DNA of 64,000 nucleotides from Bugula neritina (Eukaryota > Animalia > Bryozoa), in NCBI GenBank assembly GCA_964035545.1, contig OZ037767.1, positions 6,464,707-6,528,706 of the forward strand, read 5' to 3'. Positions 47,981 to 63,114 of this stretch are shown here, one piece after another (within the stretch, counting starts at the first letter, position 1; each line of letters begins with the position of its first letter). The notes beneath the pieces are model-generated. The model worked only from the letters and a program-made list of their open reading frames with translations, was not told where the DNA came from and ran no database searches. The translations under genes were made by a program, and so were the position numbers.

Positions 47981-48137
47981 AGGAGCAGTAGTGGAGAAAT
48001 TGAGATAGCCTAAGTTCTTTAAGTTTTTCATTAAATTTGGTTTGGGGTGCAGTTGAATTTTTCAAGAGAACATAAATTCTTATGCTACATTTCTAATCTA
48101 GAACACAGGCTTTTTCAATTTCCTCATTGCTGCACCC
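47981..48137 (+). repeat. About 160-bp MITE-like repeat, copy 4
   Basis: Aligns by eye to 1937-2095; best-preserved left arm. Confidence 0.75.
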
Positions 48138-51100
48138 ACCGCACAGTTTTGTGTTCTGAGCTGTACATATACTCATTTAGTTGCAGCAGAAATGAAATTT
48201 ACATTTTTCTCAAGATCTTCAATTGTCTACATAAAACTTGACTTGGGGTCTGGGTAGAAAATAACTTAAACTGTGATATTTATCAGCTAAAACAACTTTC
48301 ATTTACTGTTCCAGACTCAGATACTATGCTAGCTGGAAGCAGTAAGTTTCAAAACTGTTAGGAGGTGAAAAGCCTGACTTGTTTAGTTCATTGTAAAGTT
48401 GTCTACCATCCTGAGCTAACCAACGTATACTAACAGGTGTGCAAAATTCATTAAATGATTTATTAACTTAAATTTTAGCCTAAAATACTGCTAGTATTTC
48501 GACTAATCAATTCGGAATGAGGTGGTATCAGAAAATAAGTGAGCCAGAATAAACAGGACACTGGTGTATAATAATATAAGTGAGTTTTTATCCAAATAAA
48601 ATTGAATATTCTGATTTGATGGAATATTTTACATGGGGGACAACTACAATACCTGCAAACATATCTTTTTGCAGCTACGTAATAAAACAATAAATATTAA
48701 ATCACCAACAATAATTTTTAAAAAATGCTTAATTTTAGTATATCTAAAAAAAATTTAAGAGAGCTTGCCATTAGGTGCATTTTCTTTTTTTTTATTACCA
48801 ACAATGCTGCAGTAACATTTCCATAACATCAGGATGGCAACTTAACCCTACAAATCAGTTTACTGATGCAGACATTGATTGTTTTGATGCCAGCTGTTAT
48901 AACAGAAGAGAATGACAAAACCTCAGTCAACAATAGCATGACAACATAAAAGGTGACTATTAGCAACTCAACGCCGATGACTGGAAAAGTTAGGATTGCA
49001 CAAATTGCTTAGAAAAGAAAAATTCATAAGCTCCCCTTTACTGATGCTGTCACAATTATGATGACATTAGGAGTTTAATCGATGAGTTAGAATAGCCTGA
49101 ATATGTTGATAATTCTCCTATTAGTTTTATTACACACTTGGTACAAAGCTATTAAGGAAACTTCTGCAAAAAGTGAAATCAAATGTTTATGTTCATGATA
49201 TTAGAATTATAGAGCACCAACTTAGCTCTAGCTTAACATGTCACAAAACTCCAAGATCTACAGACAATAAAACCAACTGGAATAGCTAGAAATGGAATCG
49301 CATTGATGAGGGAAAGCATGGAGTTTTAGAAGGCTAAGCTGGAGTATTATCATTGGAGAAGTAAACATTAAGTGGGGAATTTCTAAGTAGATTCCCTAAA
49401 AACATGCCCTAATTCTATTGTCAATTCTGATAAAGAAAATGGCCTAACATTGAAAGTTTCAAGAAGGAAACAAATAAAACACCTGCTAAATATGGATAAC
49501 CTGGAGGTTAGCATCACGTTTAAACCAAAATTGGAAGCGTTAGAAAACATTTCCAACATCTTTACAAGATGTAAAACTGAAATTAGGATTAAGAAATTGG
49601 GCCACACTGGCCACCAGAAAAAGCAACAAAATAGCAGACTGATAAATGGGGATAAAATGTATTGGTAAAAATTTTACAAATGCCTTCAAATTCTAAAGAC
49701 TACTAAGAAACATTTAAAAGCCATTACACCTATGTATATTTCAATTGCTAGTTTAATGCACCTATGAGACTCAATGGGACTAGCAGGTAATTCATAACTT
49801 GCAACAGAAATCCTAAGTGAGATCATCAACACTGTACAGTGTAATAATAATAAAGTATAACTTTGAAAATAATATAACTAAATATAATAACATCACTATT
49901 ATTATTATCGTTGATACTTAAATGTATAATTATACTTATAGTAGCCTATAACTTATAGTTAATGTTGTAGTTATTATAGTATAATTATAATTATTAAATT
50001 TACTATTACTATTACTATTAGTATTATTATTATTAGTATAAGTTAGACCTAAAGATGAAGTGTTACTATAAATTTAATACTAATACTGATACTATTGTTA
50101 GTAATACTAATAGTGATACTAATACTATTACTTATTACTTATTAGTAAATGTAATACTAATACTAATAGTAATACTAATAGTAATAGTAATACTAATACA
50201 TTAATAGTAATTGGTGATACAAACAGTTATACTTATACTAATACTTATACTTATATAATTATAATTATATTGATATTCATACTTAATCTTTAAGATTATC
50301 TTATACATATACTTATAGTTATATCAATAATAATAGCATTAAACTTAAAGTTATTACTCAATTTTATATTTATATTAAATTTAATATTAATTTTTATAAT
50401 AATTATAATAACTAATAATTAATATTATAAACAATATTAATATGAATAATTATAATGATAATGATAAATGAAATTGAATGCAGTCTAAAAAAACTATAAG
50501 TATAACTATAAGTATAACTATAAGCATAAGTATAACTAATACTATAAGTATAAGTGTAAAACTAAATATAAGTAAAACTAAATGTTTTTAAAAAGAGTCT
50601 AATAACGAAAACATTCATCATTAATTGAATAACTTACATGATAGGCACATCCAAAGGAAGTTCTCAATAGTGGATGGGATTTCTTTCCATAATCATAATG
50701 ACAAGTAGTAGTACAGTCACGATGACGCAAATGGAAAATATAAACATAATATAAATCATTAAATGGGAATATTTACGCTTGCGGAAACGAATTCTGGAAC
50801 GAAACAGAATAGCTAAATTTACGTCAAATAATCTTCAAAACCTCTCGTATTCAAGCTAGTTAAAACTGTAAATTTTTATTTACAAGTTTTTTTTTTTAAA
50901 ACAACAAATTTTTATAAAATAATTGTTTTTATTACAAATAAAAACACAAATTATTTCACAAACAAAACTGATGAGAACAAAAATATTTTGTGTTTCTTTA
51001 AGGCTACTCACTATGCAAACTATCCATCATCTTTGCCTGTTCCAATCACAACCACAAATGACAATGGTTGTACATGTTGATCATCATCATGTCAACGTGT

Positions 51101-52341
51101 TAAACTCGGAAACTCTGAGGGTTTAATCCTATTGCTAATCACTTTCGGCTAATGCATTGTTCGTTCTTAGCCTAATCTTAGAGAAGCAAATAAAAGTTTT
51201 ACGATAATTGAATTCATATTGCTATTCGGGAGTGATATTTAATAATTTATATTCATATTTAATTTCAATTTGATGTTCAGTATCAGAGTCAGGCTGAGAC
51301 CCAGAGTTACTGTTAGTTGGTGGGAGTATCAGTATGAGTATTCAGTATGGCATTGTGATTGACTATAAATATCAGTATGAGTATTGCTATTTTAATTATA
51401 AATAATGTTATTATTAAATTTAATATCATCATGATATTGATCATATTTGTATAGAATTTTATATTCAATGTCATAATAATACTAATATTATTTTTTATTT
51501 ATAATTGACATTATTATTATTATGATTATTAATGATTATGACCATAAATTTAGATTAATACTAATAGTCAAACTGATAATGTCAGTGATAGTCAAACTTA
51601 ATCATAATGTGAATGTCATAGTAAGTGTAACTGTAGTGTTTGTCATTTAGTGATTTAGTTCAACTCATATGGATATTCAATTTCTACTGATAGTGATACA
51701 GTTACATTATTATATTTATATTTAGTTTCACTTACAGTTACACTTACTATATTAGTAATGTTTGTATAGCATAGAATTTTAAACAAGTAGCAATTTATTT
51801 GCCAACTATAGTTTTTGAAATATAGAACTATGTTACATTATGATGCTTAATCTAAATTATATTCACTATCAATATACCTAAATTTAATATTATAAATATA
51901 TCTAAATACTATAAATTTTAATTTTTATACTATCAATCCAATATTTTGTCAATTTGTCAATATATATGTTCTTCATGATATTATAGTAATTATACAGGTC
52001 TAGCAAATCCAGTAAAATTTTGTCCTCTCAATAACTGCTGTATGACCCTTTTTCTTTACTTTAAATAATTCCCTGCTGATATTCTTATAATAGTAGCATG
52101 CAGCATAGCTTCAATTTTTCATGCTTTTATATAGAACAATAAAAATACTTCGCAATTAAGATGTCGTCTTGTTCTTACCAATGATTTATAATGCAATAAG
52201 TTTCTAGAAGTTAAGTTATAGTAACTCGGAGATAATCTAAAATGTTATACTTTTTAAGTGTTGGATAGACTTTTGTATATTCATATGATCAAGGTGTAAT
52301 GTATTGCTACTGTCAAACATGACTGAAATATTTTAGAAAAT

Positions 52342-55300
52342 ATGGGATTCTCTTTTTCTGTGAATCTACTTAGCTTTGCTTTATTGTGTGGGGTAAGTTT
52401 CTCGCACTCTCTCAAAGATGGTGGCAAGCACTGGGCTCTACTTGTCGCAGGATCTAATGGATTTGAAAACTATAGACATCAGGTAAGTTGAAATTTTTTT
52501 TTTGAAAATTTAATCTTTCACAAGATAAATCAAATTATTGAGAGTTATTTATGCTGGGCTTAGATTTTAGTGCTTTACATTATAATCTTGGTTGATGTGT
52601 TGTTATCTTGGCTTCCTAAGCTTTTCATGTGTTAAGTGAACTGATGTCAAGCTGAAATACTTATTTAAACTAGTGATGGTGATACTGGAATTATGACTAT
52701 TTAGCACCACAGAAAATAGTATTGATTTGTACAGAACATTTTTATACTTAAAATTTGTAGCCAGTTATGATATGCTACAAATATGTGTATGCTTTAAACT
52801 ACAAATTGTTCAATGCCAATTGTTTGCAAAAGACTTGTTTCTCTCTTTGTTTTCTACATTTTGTAGTATGTTTAGTAATCTTTATAAGTGTTAACATTGT
52901 GCAAACTTTCATTCTGTAAAGTTCAAGCTGCACATGCATGTACGTCTGCATGTATACAGCAATATCTAATAACATTTCTTTCAGGCAGATGTATGCCATG
53001 CTTATCATGTACTCAAGGATCATGGATTTCCCGAGGAGAACATTATTGTGATGATGTATGACGACATTGCTTATAACACAGAGTACGTTTCTCTTATTGT
53101 CCGGCAGCCAATAGCAACTATTCCAATTTTTAGATGGCAGATTTTCTTTCAATGTCCCAACAACACGTCGAATGGTGTTTTTCTGTGCATAACTTTTTAC
53201 AGCAGATTTTGTTGGATGCATCGTAGTTTGGTAAAAACATGGTTTTGTATTTTTTGTAGAAATAAAGACAAAGGTGTGATAATAAACAGGCCAAATGGAG
53301 AGAATGTTTACCCAGGGGTAAAAATTGATTACAAGGGAAAGGTAAGATTACGAGGTCTGTTATGTGTGCTGTAATATGATCAACAGAACCATTGGGCACA
53401 TCATCATCAAAGTTACTGCCGCTACCTAGTAGAATACAACCTTTTCATAAACAGCATATTTGCTAACATAAGTGCTGCCTTGTTTGTAGGATGTAACGCC
53501 AGAAGTGTTTCTGAATGTACTGCAAGGAAAGAAGGAGCAACGAGGAACTAAGAGAGTTATTGACAGGTAAGTTTCTGTTATATAGATATCATTTGCTGGT
53601 CGGTATAGGTGAGGCAAGTGCAATGATGGTGACTTTATAATATAGATTTGCTAGTAGTTACCAATCCAATCTTTCTTCTCCTATAATGTAGCAGACTTGG
53701 CAACAATTGTACACTAGAAAATTTTGTTTTGAGCTTTCTCAAAATTTTAAATTCCATACTTGTTGAATTTTGGAACAGTTCTTGTGTTTATCATGGCAAT
53801 ACTAGATATACAGACTCAAAAATTGCAGTGGCTCTGTATCCAAGTATAAGGCTAATGGTTTACTTATCTCAATGGGGTAGTAATAATGCTACATAATTAT
53901 ATAATGTGGTAGCTCATAATCTGATGTTGCAACTCTTTTTATCAGTAAATCAACAGATAAGTATATAATGTTGATACATTGTACCCAGCCAGTACCTTTA
54001 TACTCTGCTATAGTGGACTGCTAATTGTTTATCAAACTTAGTCTCTATCACATGTCAGTCACATGCTGTGCACCAGCATCAAGGTGTCACTCAAGTACAT
54101 TGAATGACATGAACATTATTGCTGTGGAGATGTCATCCCTGGATAATACACTTGTTTCTGCAAACATGCATTAACTGCATGCTCAAATCACACAAACATA
54201 TTTAAAAGCAGCTTATAGCATATTATCTTGTTTAGTTAAATTAATACATTATTTTGGTATTGAAATATTTTACGAGATTTTGCTGTCTTGGATTGTAGTG
54301 GACCGAATGACCATATCTTTGTGAACTTTGTTGACCATGGTGCTCCGGGTCTGGTTGCCTTCCCAGATGGTAGTCTCCATGCCAGGGAGCTGATGACAGC
54401 CTTGAAGAAGATGCATAAGAAGAAAAGGTTTGCCCAGGTATAAGTTAATAAAAACTGCAGTTTTCTCAAGTACATTGATTTAGTATGCCCAGAATGTGTG
54501 TTATATGTACACATGTTATATCTATGATGTTTGCACGTTACATGTACACTTCATGCATGTTATATGTATACTGTGTATATGTTTAATGTACATTGTATAA
54601 GCATTATATCCGCACTGTATATACGTTCTACGTACACTGTATGTATGTTGTACTTACCTTGTATACACGTTATAGTTTACATGTACGTCGTATACAAGCC
54701 TTGTACGTTGTAATTAATATACAAGTCAGTTTATTTTTGCAGATGGTTTTATATGTAGAGGCATGTGAATCTGGTTCTATGTTCAACAAAATTCTTCCCA
54801 ACAATATAAATAGTTAGTATTTTTAGTTATAATATTATTTCTTTATATTATACAGTATTTGCATGACAGTGGCAAATATGAGTTTGTAAAAGTTGTCTTC
54901 TTTATCACGTTTAATCTTGATTTTTTACCATAAAACACAGCTTTATGAAAAATTGTATTTATTTTTCAAGTTATTCAGTTATTGAAAATTGCACAACAAT
55001 AATAAAGAATGTAGTTGTTTTGCATATTTATGTTGCAAAGTCTCCTCATTTCCGCCAATAGAAATTGATATAATATTGATTCTATTACTACCGGATGGAT
55101 GCTCCTACAGATAAATTCGTGGTTGTCGTTTGCATGAACTTATGGTTGTGATTTCATTCAATTCAACTTTTTCCAACTATCGAATGAAAAATCCATTCAC
55201 ATCATGCAAAGCTTGGAAAAGTAGTGATTAGCTAATATGATGTGATATGATAACTGAGTACAGTCAATAAAACTATTTCGCTACTGAAACTAATACTAAG

Positions 55301-57129
55301 TTCTTGTGTCTATTTCAGTCTACGCTACTACCGCAGCTAATGCCAAGGAGTCTAGCTACGCATGTTATCTAGATAAGCACCTTGACACATACCTGGGGGA
55401 TTTGTACAGTGTTAACTGGATGGAGAATTCAGATGTGGCCAACTTGAAGAAGGAGACGCTGTTGAATCAGTTTGGTAATCGGACTTATTGTAGCTGCCTA
55501 CCTTATTATATGATGAATGTTTAGCAAAGACGTAATAGTTGAATAGTTGAGCTGATTGTCTTTAGTAATAATTTAATCGAAAGAAGAATTTTAAAGAATG
55601 GTTTTTCTCATCAATTTTTCTTACAATTATTGAACTGTTTGTTTTATTTGTTTTAGCATCCGGCATTCGTTGTCGGAATATACTGAGGCTGATTACATTT
55701 TGGTTTTGTACTAAGCAGTCTTGCATGTTTTGAAACCATATGCATCAGTTTACTGTTTTATAGACATTGTGAGAAAGAACACAAACAAGAGTCACGTGAT
55801 GGAATATGGAGAGATGGATATAGCTAGTGAACCAGTTAGTGATTTCCAGGGAGACATGCCTAGTGCCAGAAATGTGTATTATCCAGCTATGCCAGTAAGT
55901 ATATTGTTCACTACTACTACTGCACACTGCACTGCATAGTTTGATATTGCCCTTCCCATTACACTCTGTATGTAGTTTGATGCTGTACCCTCACATGATG
56001 TTGATCTCCATATTCTGAGACACAAAATTCAAAGTTCAACTATTGAGGAGGAAAGGAGCAACTTAAGCCGTCAATTAGATTATAAATTTAAGGTGAGATT
56101 TATTTCAACAGCCTCTTTTACGTGCTAGTCACCATCGTCTTGATAGAATTTCATTTAATCAAGTAGAAAATATCGCCATATAATGATGTAACCTAATATA
56201 TTTATAATTTTGGTAATACATATGTTGCTATTTAAGATTTTTGCACACTGCATGTTATTTATATGCCAGTCTTGTTCATGTTGTTGTTTTAATCTGTACA
56301 GGTTCGAAATGAAATCGCGTCTCAAATGCATAAAATTGCTGCTGCTGCCGTCGGCCATGACAGTGGTCTATTTAGTGAAGCCATCTCCATCAGAACTGAA
56401 GAATTCAACTTTGACTGCTATGAGCCTGCAGTGAAATACTACTCCGCCATGTGCAGGAATATTAACCAGGTGAGCTTTTAGTTTCCTACTGCTACATACG
56501 TTACTACAGTATTCACAGTTACCTACGTTACTACAGTATTCGCAGTTACATACATTACTACAGTATTCGCAGTTACATACATTACTACAGTATTCACAGT
56601 TACATACACTACTACAGTATTCACAGTTACATACATTACTACAGTATTCACAGTTACATACACCACTACATACACTGCTACGTACACTACTGCATTCACA
56701 GATACATATAGCGTAATTTAACTCACATGTACCATTTCGGCAGCTACTTTATGTAAAATGTAATCTCAGTATTCTATTGTGATTGCATTTTAGGCTTGCT
56801 GGTCATGATGGTTTGAACACCTCTTTATTCAAGTCCAAATTAATATCTAATACATTCAATAATTGGTAATGCAGTGGTGGGGACAAATTCAATTTACAAA
56901 TTCTTTTGCTAGAGTTAGTATAGTTCTTCAATATGGAAACTTGTTTATGCGTTTCAAAGTTTGGAGTACGTTTTTACTTATGATGAGTAAATAGACTCGT
57001 ACATAATTTCTCTATTTTTAATCTCAGATTCCATTTGCTTTGAGAGTGCTTTACATACTCCAGAACGTCTGCAACATTCAAGGGATGAGTTCAGAGGTTC
57101 TGATCAGAGCCATGGATGACATCTGTTGA
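52342..57129 (+). CDS. LGMN: Legumain (asparaginyl endopeptidase, peptidase C13)
   Basis: Signal peptide, [32 protein letters not shown], catalytic DHG and [28 protein letters not shown]-terminal prodomain; 11 coding GT-AG exons. Confidence 0.96.
56492..56660. repeat. 27-bp minisatellite (ACATACATTACTACAGTATTCACAGTT)n in a legumain intron
   Basis: About six near-perfect tandem units. Confidence 0.9.
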
Positions 57130-57873
57130 ACTTAGGCCCTCAGCTGCACAATAATATTTACCGAAACCTTTACTTAAATAAATATCTATTTTCCTATTAT
57201 GAAACTTTTTAAAAAAAATTTCTTCTATGCCATATTTTTATTTATCTTTTCTTTCAAACTCTTCAAATTGATGTTCTGTTTTGTCTTGATGAAAATTTGC
57301 AGATTTATATGAGAGATAGAATTATATAGCATCTTCTTCATTTTTGTTATAAGCTTATCACACTATATACATGTTGATAAACAGTTTATCGCATATCTAT
57401 TGTAATATAGTCTCCATTGTATTATATACACTATATATGTAGATACACTACATATATATACATTGTATATTAAATATTGTAAGTGTTAAGTGTTTAATAG
57501 TCCATAAAATACTTGTATATAAAGAATAATTTCAATATTTGACACAACAGTAGAAAAGTATCTAAATATAGGAAATGTTATGATGCTATATTCAAGGTGA
57601 TAGGTTTTTAAATTAAAACAGATGCGGGTATATTTTAAATCTCTTAAAATAACATTTAACCTCAAAATAATATAGTATATATATCAACTTTTCTGGTTGC
57701 ATAATTTTGGTTTCAGAATGTAATGTTTAATACATTTTTGTGAAATGCAAAGCAACCTACTGCTGAACAATAAGTTTAAGGTATATAATATCAACATCCA
57801 GGACTAAACTATGGAACTGTAATAAATAGTGGTGGTGCTCACAGCAATCCTGTGCCAATACTTACTTTATCAG

Positions 57874-60800
57874 TCAACCTTGAGTTGAGTAATTGGTCAG
57901 CATGAGCTCACCGATGTTTAACCTCCCATTATCAGTAAAGTTTGCCAGAACCTTCTGATGTAGTATCTGCCTGAAGCCGGCTGAGTTGAGTTTATTCAGT
58001 AGCAACAACAGCTTTCCGGGCCTCAGTTGTTGAGATTTGTTATCTGTTCCCTCTTCATCCGCTTTCAACTCAGATTCTTGTACAAGCCTGAGATGAGCTT
58101 GATCTCTTAGACTTTCAACCTTTGTGGAGTCTTTTATTGGCACTTCTATATAATGCAAAGGGAAAGTTGTATAATGTTGCTGATTCGATATATTTACAAA
58201 AGTATTTATAGCGTAGATTATTTGTAATACATGTATTTATTTGAAATATAGATTTTATTTTTTATAATTATAGTGATGTGTGTGGTAGATGAGAGTGTAT
58301 GTATATACATTTAATGTATACTTGATAGTATCGTTTATTATACTGCATGCGGCTGATAATATACAGCAAATAAACAGTTCACAAGTTATTTTTCAACAAC
58401 AATCGTTGCAGTTAAATAATATAATTAATTAAAAAAATATCCCCTCCTACATAAACAGGTCTATAAGTAATTAAATTTTATATAAAATTATCTTTGTTAG
58501 TTAAATTAGGGCTATTCATGCTTACCTGCTGATTGAAATACTGAAAGTTCTTTAAGAGCAGAAAACTCCTTTCTATTTAATTCATAATTATTGAGTTCCT
58601 TCAGGCAATCAACCAGACACGAATAATCTTTCTGTATATCTGTATTCCATCTGACCTTTGTAACAGGAGCCAACTGCTTTTCTAAATCAATTGATGATAT
58701 AGTTGAGAATTTTAGAAACATTTGACAATATTATCTATCAGGCAAAGCATTGTTCCAAATGTATATGACAATTATCATATTTCAAAACAATAAGTGGCAC
58801 TAAATATATTGGATGCTAAAATTTCAGAAAAACAGATGAGCTAAATAATTATGCTTATTGATTTATTCATGTTTAACATTCTCTTTCATAATTACCCTGA
58901 ATAATACTAAATTTTTAATATGGCATCATTCAGGCTTTCACCATTTTAGGACTTTCCCTTGGAAATCCCAAAGGGGCTAATATATTTTCAAGCCATGAAT
59001 CTGGTAATTTAGTTGCAAGATATATTAAACATTTATAACTTAGCCAATATCAAATAACAGTATTTTCTGTTATTTTTAGAAAATGACCCTAGGAACAACC
59101 ATTTTCCTAATCCAAAGAGTTTTTTCTCACCTATATAGATGGTTGCAGTACTTCACAGGTAGCCTTGTTACTGAAACTGTATTAATTTAAAACTGTAATA
59201 TTTGCCCTTCTTTATTCATTTCGTAAATTCATAAATAATTTTGTGTTTCAAAAAATAGCATGCACATTTTTTACAGTAAAGATTATATATTATATTGTAA
59301 CCATTCAAACTGCAAGGACAATTGTAGTGTATGAACAGTTGACCATTTGGAATTTCATAAATTTCAATTCAATTACATCATATTTGAGACACTCTAATGA
59401 ATAACATAAAATCTTAGGACGCTTTCGGATTCCCTACACCTAATGAGCTCATTGATGGTTACTGAATGGTCATTTTGTAGGGCCTACAGTTACCCCTACG
59501 CGTAGGGAATCTGAAACTAACTTTACTCATAATCTAACCAACATAGGGAATTATGTAATACACATGGTGCTATGTCATAACTCACCAAGGTTAATAGGTA
59601 CAGACAGCTGGGCAAACGTCAGAATTAACATAGGGCACCAGTTCTTTGAAATCAAGTGGCTGACATCTCTCTGGGACAAAGTGTTCAGTTTGTCATTACT
59701 TTGCAGCCATTCTACTGCTGCTTTCAACGCATGTCTACAAAGCATACACACTGGTTATAAAATTGTTCTACGTATATATTATTTGAGTCTACTCTTTGCC
59801 TACACATGTAAATTTTTTATATAGGTCTTTATCTTACAAAGCTTCTTGTATTAGTTTAGTGTTGTTTAAATATTTTGTGTGTGTTTATTATAGCTTCACA
59901 CTACCCAGTAGGTTATAAAAGTCCATATACTTCACCATGCAAGGTGCTACCCATTTTTTATGTTGTAATGATAAGCTCTAGTTGATATGGCTTTTACAGA
60001 AATGTAAAAATTGAAGCCTATGCCATTGTTAGTAGGCCTACTTGTAATATAAAAATTGTATATATAATGTATATTTGATATAATATAATGCGCATTGAAT
60101 GTTATATTATATACTAAAATAAACTTTTTTTCACAGTGCACGGCCATATATAATGCTCATATGTGTCACAGTACAAAGAAAAATGAAACGCAGCGGATAT
60201 TTAACTTCTATTTAACATACTTTTTTTATATATTTGTTATTATTTGTGGTAATAATTTTTACACTCACACTGCTGGCAATTCTTGGTGCCTTTGAATTTC
60301 ACTTATCTGTAAGCTCTGAAAGTGTTGTAGCTTTATTTCATTGTGCACATGCTGAATGTGTTGAATTTGGACAGCGTGTAGCATGTGATCCAAAGGTGAC
60401 AATAGCCTACCCAGCACAAAGGGTGGCAATGAAGGTCTTGGGTAAGGGTAAGGCTGATAGGCATGAGAAGCATAGGCACATGGGTTGGAAGCCTTGTGTC
60501 TAAAATATAGCAAATCGCAAAGTTTGGTGGTCATGCACATCAAAAATTATGATTATACTTTGTTGTATAATGAAAATATTTTTGAAAGGCTTGTAAAATT
60601 GCATTACTTGCAACAAAATATAAATTTGGTTGACCATAGCCTGGCATGGGTTACATGCATGAGTAAGGGTAAACATGATAAGTTTTAACAACATAATATA
60701 ATGCAACCCGAAAATCAATAAATTTAAGAATGTGTAAAAAATTGAGGCTCGAAAAGAAAATGCTTTAATTTTACAGCACAATTGCTGTAGGTCAGCGTGC

Positions 60801-63114
60801 CATAGTTCAATACTCACATTACTTCAGGGTGTCTAACTAGGGACCTCGATCTTTCTGAGGCTGGTAGAGATAATCTGCCAATCAACTGACTTGATGTTGC
60901 TTTGGGAGTTGATGTTGATTTGCAATTCCTTTCACTCTGTACAGCTTTTTAATAAAAATGTAGCTTTGCATAGTAAAATATTTTGGGTGCAAATAAAATT
61001 AGAGCATATTGAGATGAACTTTGAAAGTTATTACTCGTTTTCAAGAAAATTTGTTAATTAAATTATATTCCTTAATTATTATATACAGGTAATTTACTGG
61101 AAAACAGTTTTTTAACATTATAATTATGTCAGCGTTTTGTAGATGTCTCTTAGAGAGTATTTTGTAACAGCAGAGATTACAGCCTTTTTCTTTGAAGTTC
61201 TATATTATATATACTATGCATCTGAAATGCTCTAAAATTACATTCCTCATTTTATAACAATCAGAACAGCTTGAAGCAGCTGAAGATAAAATGTTTTCAA
61301 ACTTAGAAGATAGCATTTTATCAGCTGGACATTCTCATGATCAGTGTAACTATATTACCAGTGCAGTAGCTGTGGCATTTCACTATTTATCTTGGTAGCA
61401 AATGATAAAGAATAAATTTATAGTTTGCGTGATCATGTGGTCAATTTGATAGAGAACTAATAAATAAACCAGACTATTTTAGAAACCAGATAAAAATGGG
61501 GGCAGCCATTAGCTTAATGCATTTTAGCAAAGTTTAATAGATCTTATTACAAAGCTTAGCACGATGCATTACTGAAATCCAGTGAATTAGATCAATTTTG
61601 ACATGACTGCATTTGTTTATATATTACTTAGAGCTGGTCTATAAGCTTCAATTTGATGAATATTTTATAAGAATTCAGTCAATTTACCATCTACACTGTA
61701 CAAGATCTGTGTTATAGACAAACATAGTCTTGTATCTTATGTCATGAGACTAGAATGTCATTTGATACCTTCTCAAACAAAGACAGTCCATTAGCTTAAA
61801 AACTTGGTTCACAACCTGTTACAGCTCCCACTTTTCAAGGGTGGGGTATTTGAGCATGCAACATTTAAATTGCATTGGCATCACCATCATTATAAAAATA
61901 TTATATTAAAAGATAGCTTTTAAGGGGAAAAAATATTTTTAGGTTATGAGGTGAAATTAAAACTGCAGGCATGACCTGTTTTGCTTCATAACAAAAATTC
62001 AATAGATTTTAAATCCGCCACTGGCTTTGAGTGTCGATGAATTAAATGATTAAATGCCATCAAATGTCATTAATAATTCATTAGAAATGTTTATATATGA
62101 TCAGTCAGTAGCAAAGCCCACTCAATGATTTTTGCTAAGGTTCTTAGACATTAGCCAAGAGTAATAATTGCATATACTATAGGTGCAGTGTTCAGTGTAA
62201 AAAATCAATGAGGTTTTATATTTTAAAATAATGGAACTGTAAGCAAATTACCATTTTTGTTCATGTTGACCGCAAGGCAGGCTTTGAATCGACAAGCTTG
62301 ACATCTGTTTCTTGTCTGTTTGTCCACAATACAATCTCCTGACTCCTAATAAAATATGGTTATGCGGTTATTTATTATTTATTTTGTTATCTTATAACTC
62401 AAAAATATTTTGATATGCACAGCTTTATGTTACTTCAGAAAAATATATTTAGAATTTAAATTGTTTATTAATTTATACTCTTTAAACTATTTTTATCATA
62501 ATATTTTAGTCTTTCATTCAAGTGTTTATAAGCTGCAATACCTGCTTGTGTTTTTATTATATGTACATAATTTAGGGCTTTTTCCGGCTGGGTTAATAAA
62601 TATCTAAGCAAAACATCGTTCATTCAAATTTATTAATCTTTCCAGGTAATAAAACTATTATGACGCAATATCTTGAACAGAGAAAAATAAACATTTTTAA
62701 GCTGCATACTGGGCAACAAATTCAATATATTGCCAAGTGCTTTATTATGCACTTGGCATGATAGAGAATTTAAAAAAAATTAATTATATATTCCAGATTG
62801 TTTTCTTAAATATTCTAATAAATATCCTTTTGCACAAACCAGCCTATCATAGTTTTACAAGGCTATTGCTTGCAAAGTAAAATGCATTCTATCAGCCATC
62901 AACTATAAGAAATAAAATAATAAAATAAAACACATTTATGCAACAGCATCAAGAGTAGATATATACTCACTTTGCACTGATAAATGGTTTTGCTACGAAC
63001 AGCTCTCTTAAAAAATCCCCGACATCCATCACAGCTCTGCACCCCGTAGTGACACCCACTCGCTCGATCTCCACAAACTAAGCACAGCTGGCTGATTATC
63101 TTTAGCTTAGACAT
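57874..63114 (-). CDS. Nuclear receptor, NR2E subfamily (NR2E6/PNR-like)
   Basis: C4 [30 protein letters not shown] / [35 protein letters not shown] (exons 62971-63114, 62252-62345, about 60818-60944). LBD exons near 60303-60498, 59586-59734, 58525-58681 and 57874-58146 ([31 protein letters not shown]). Confidence 0.85.

Noticed and set aside
59428-59511. 10-bp inverted repeat GATTCCCTAC...GTAGGGAATC
   Set aside because: Single short copy with no clear TSD; insufficient to call a MITE.
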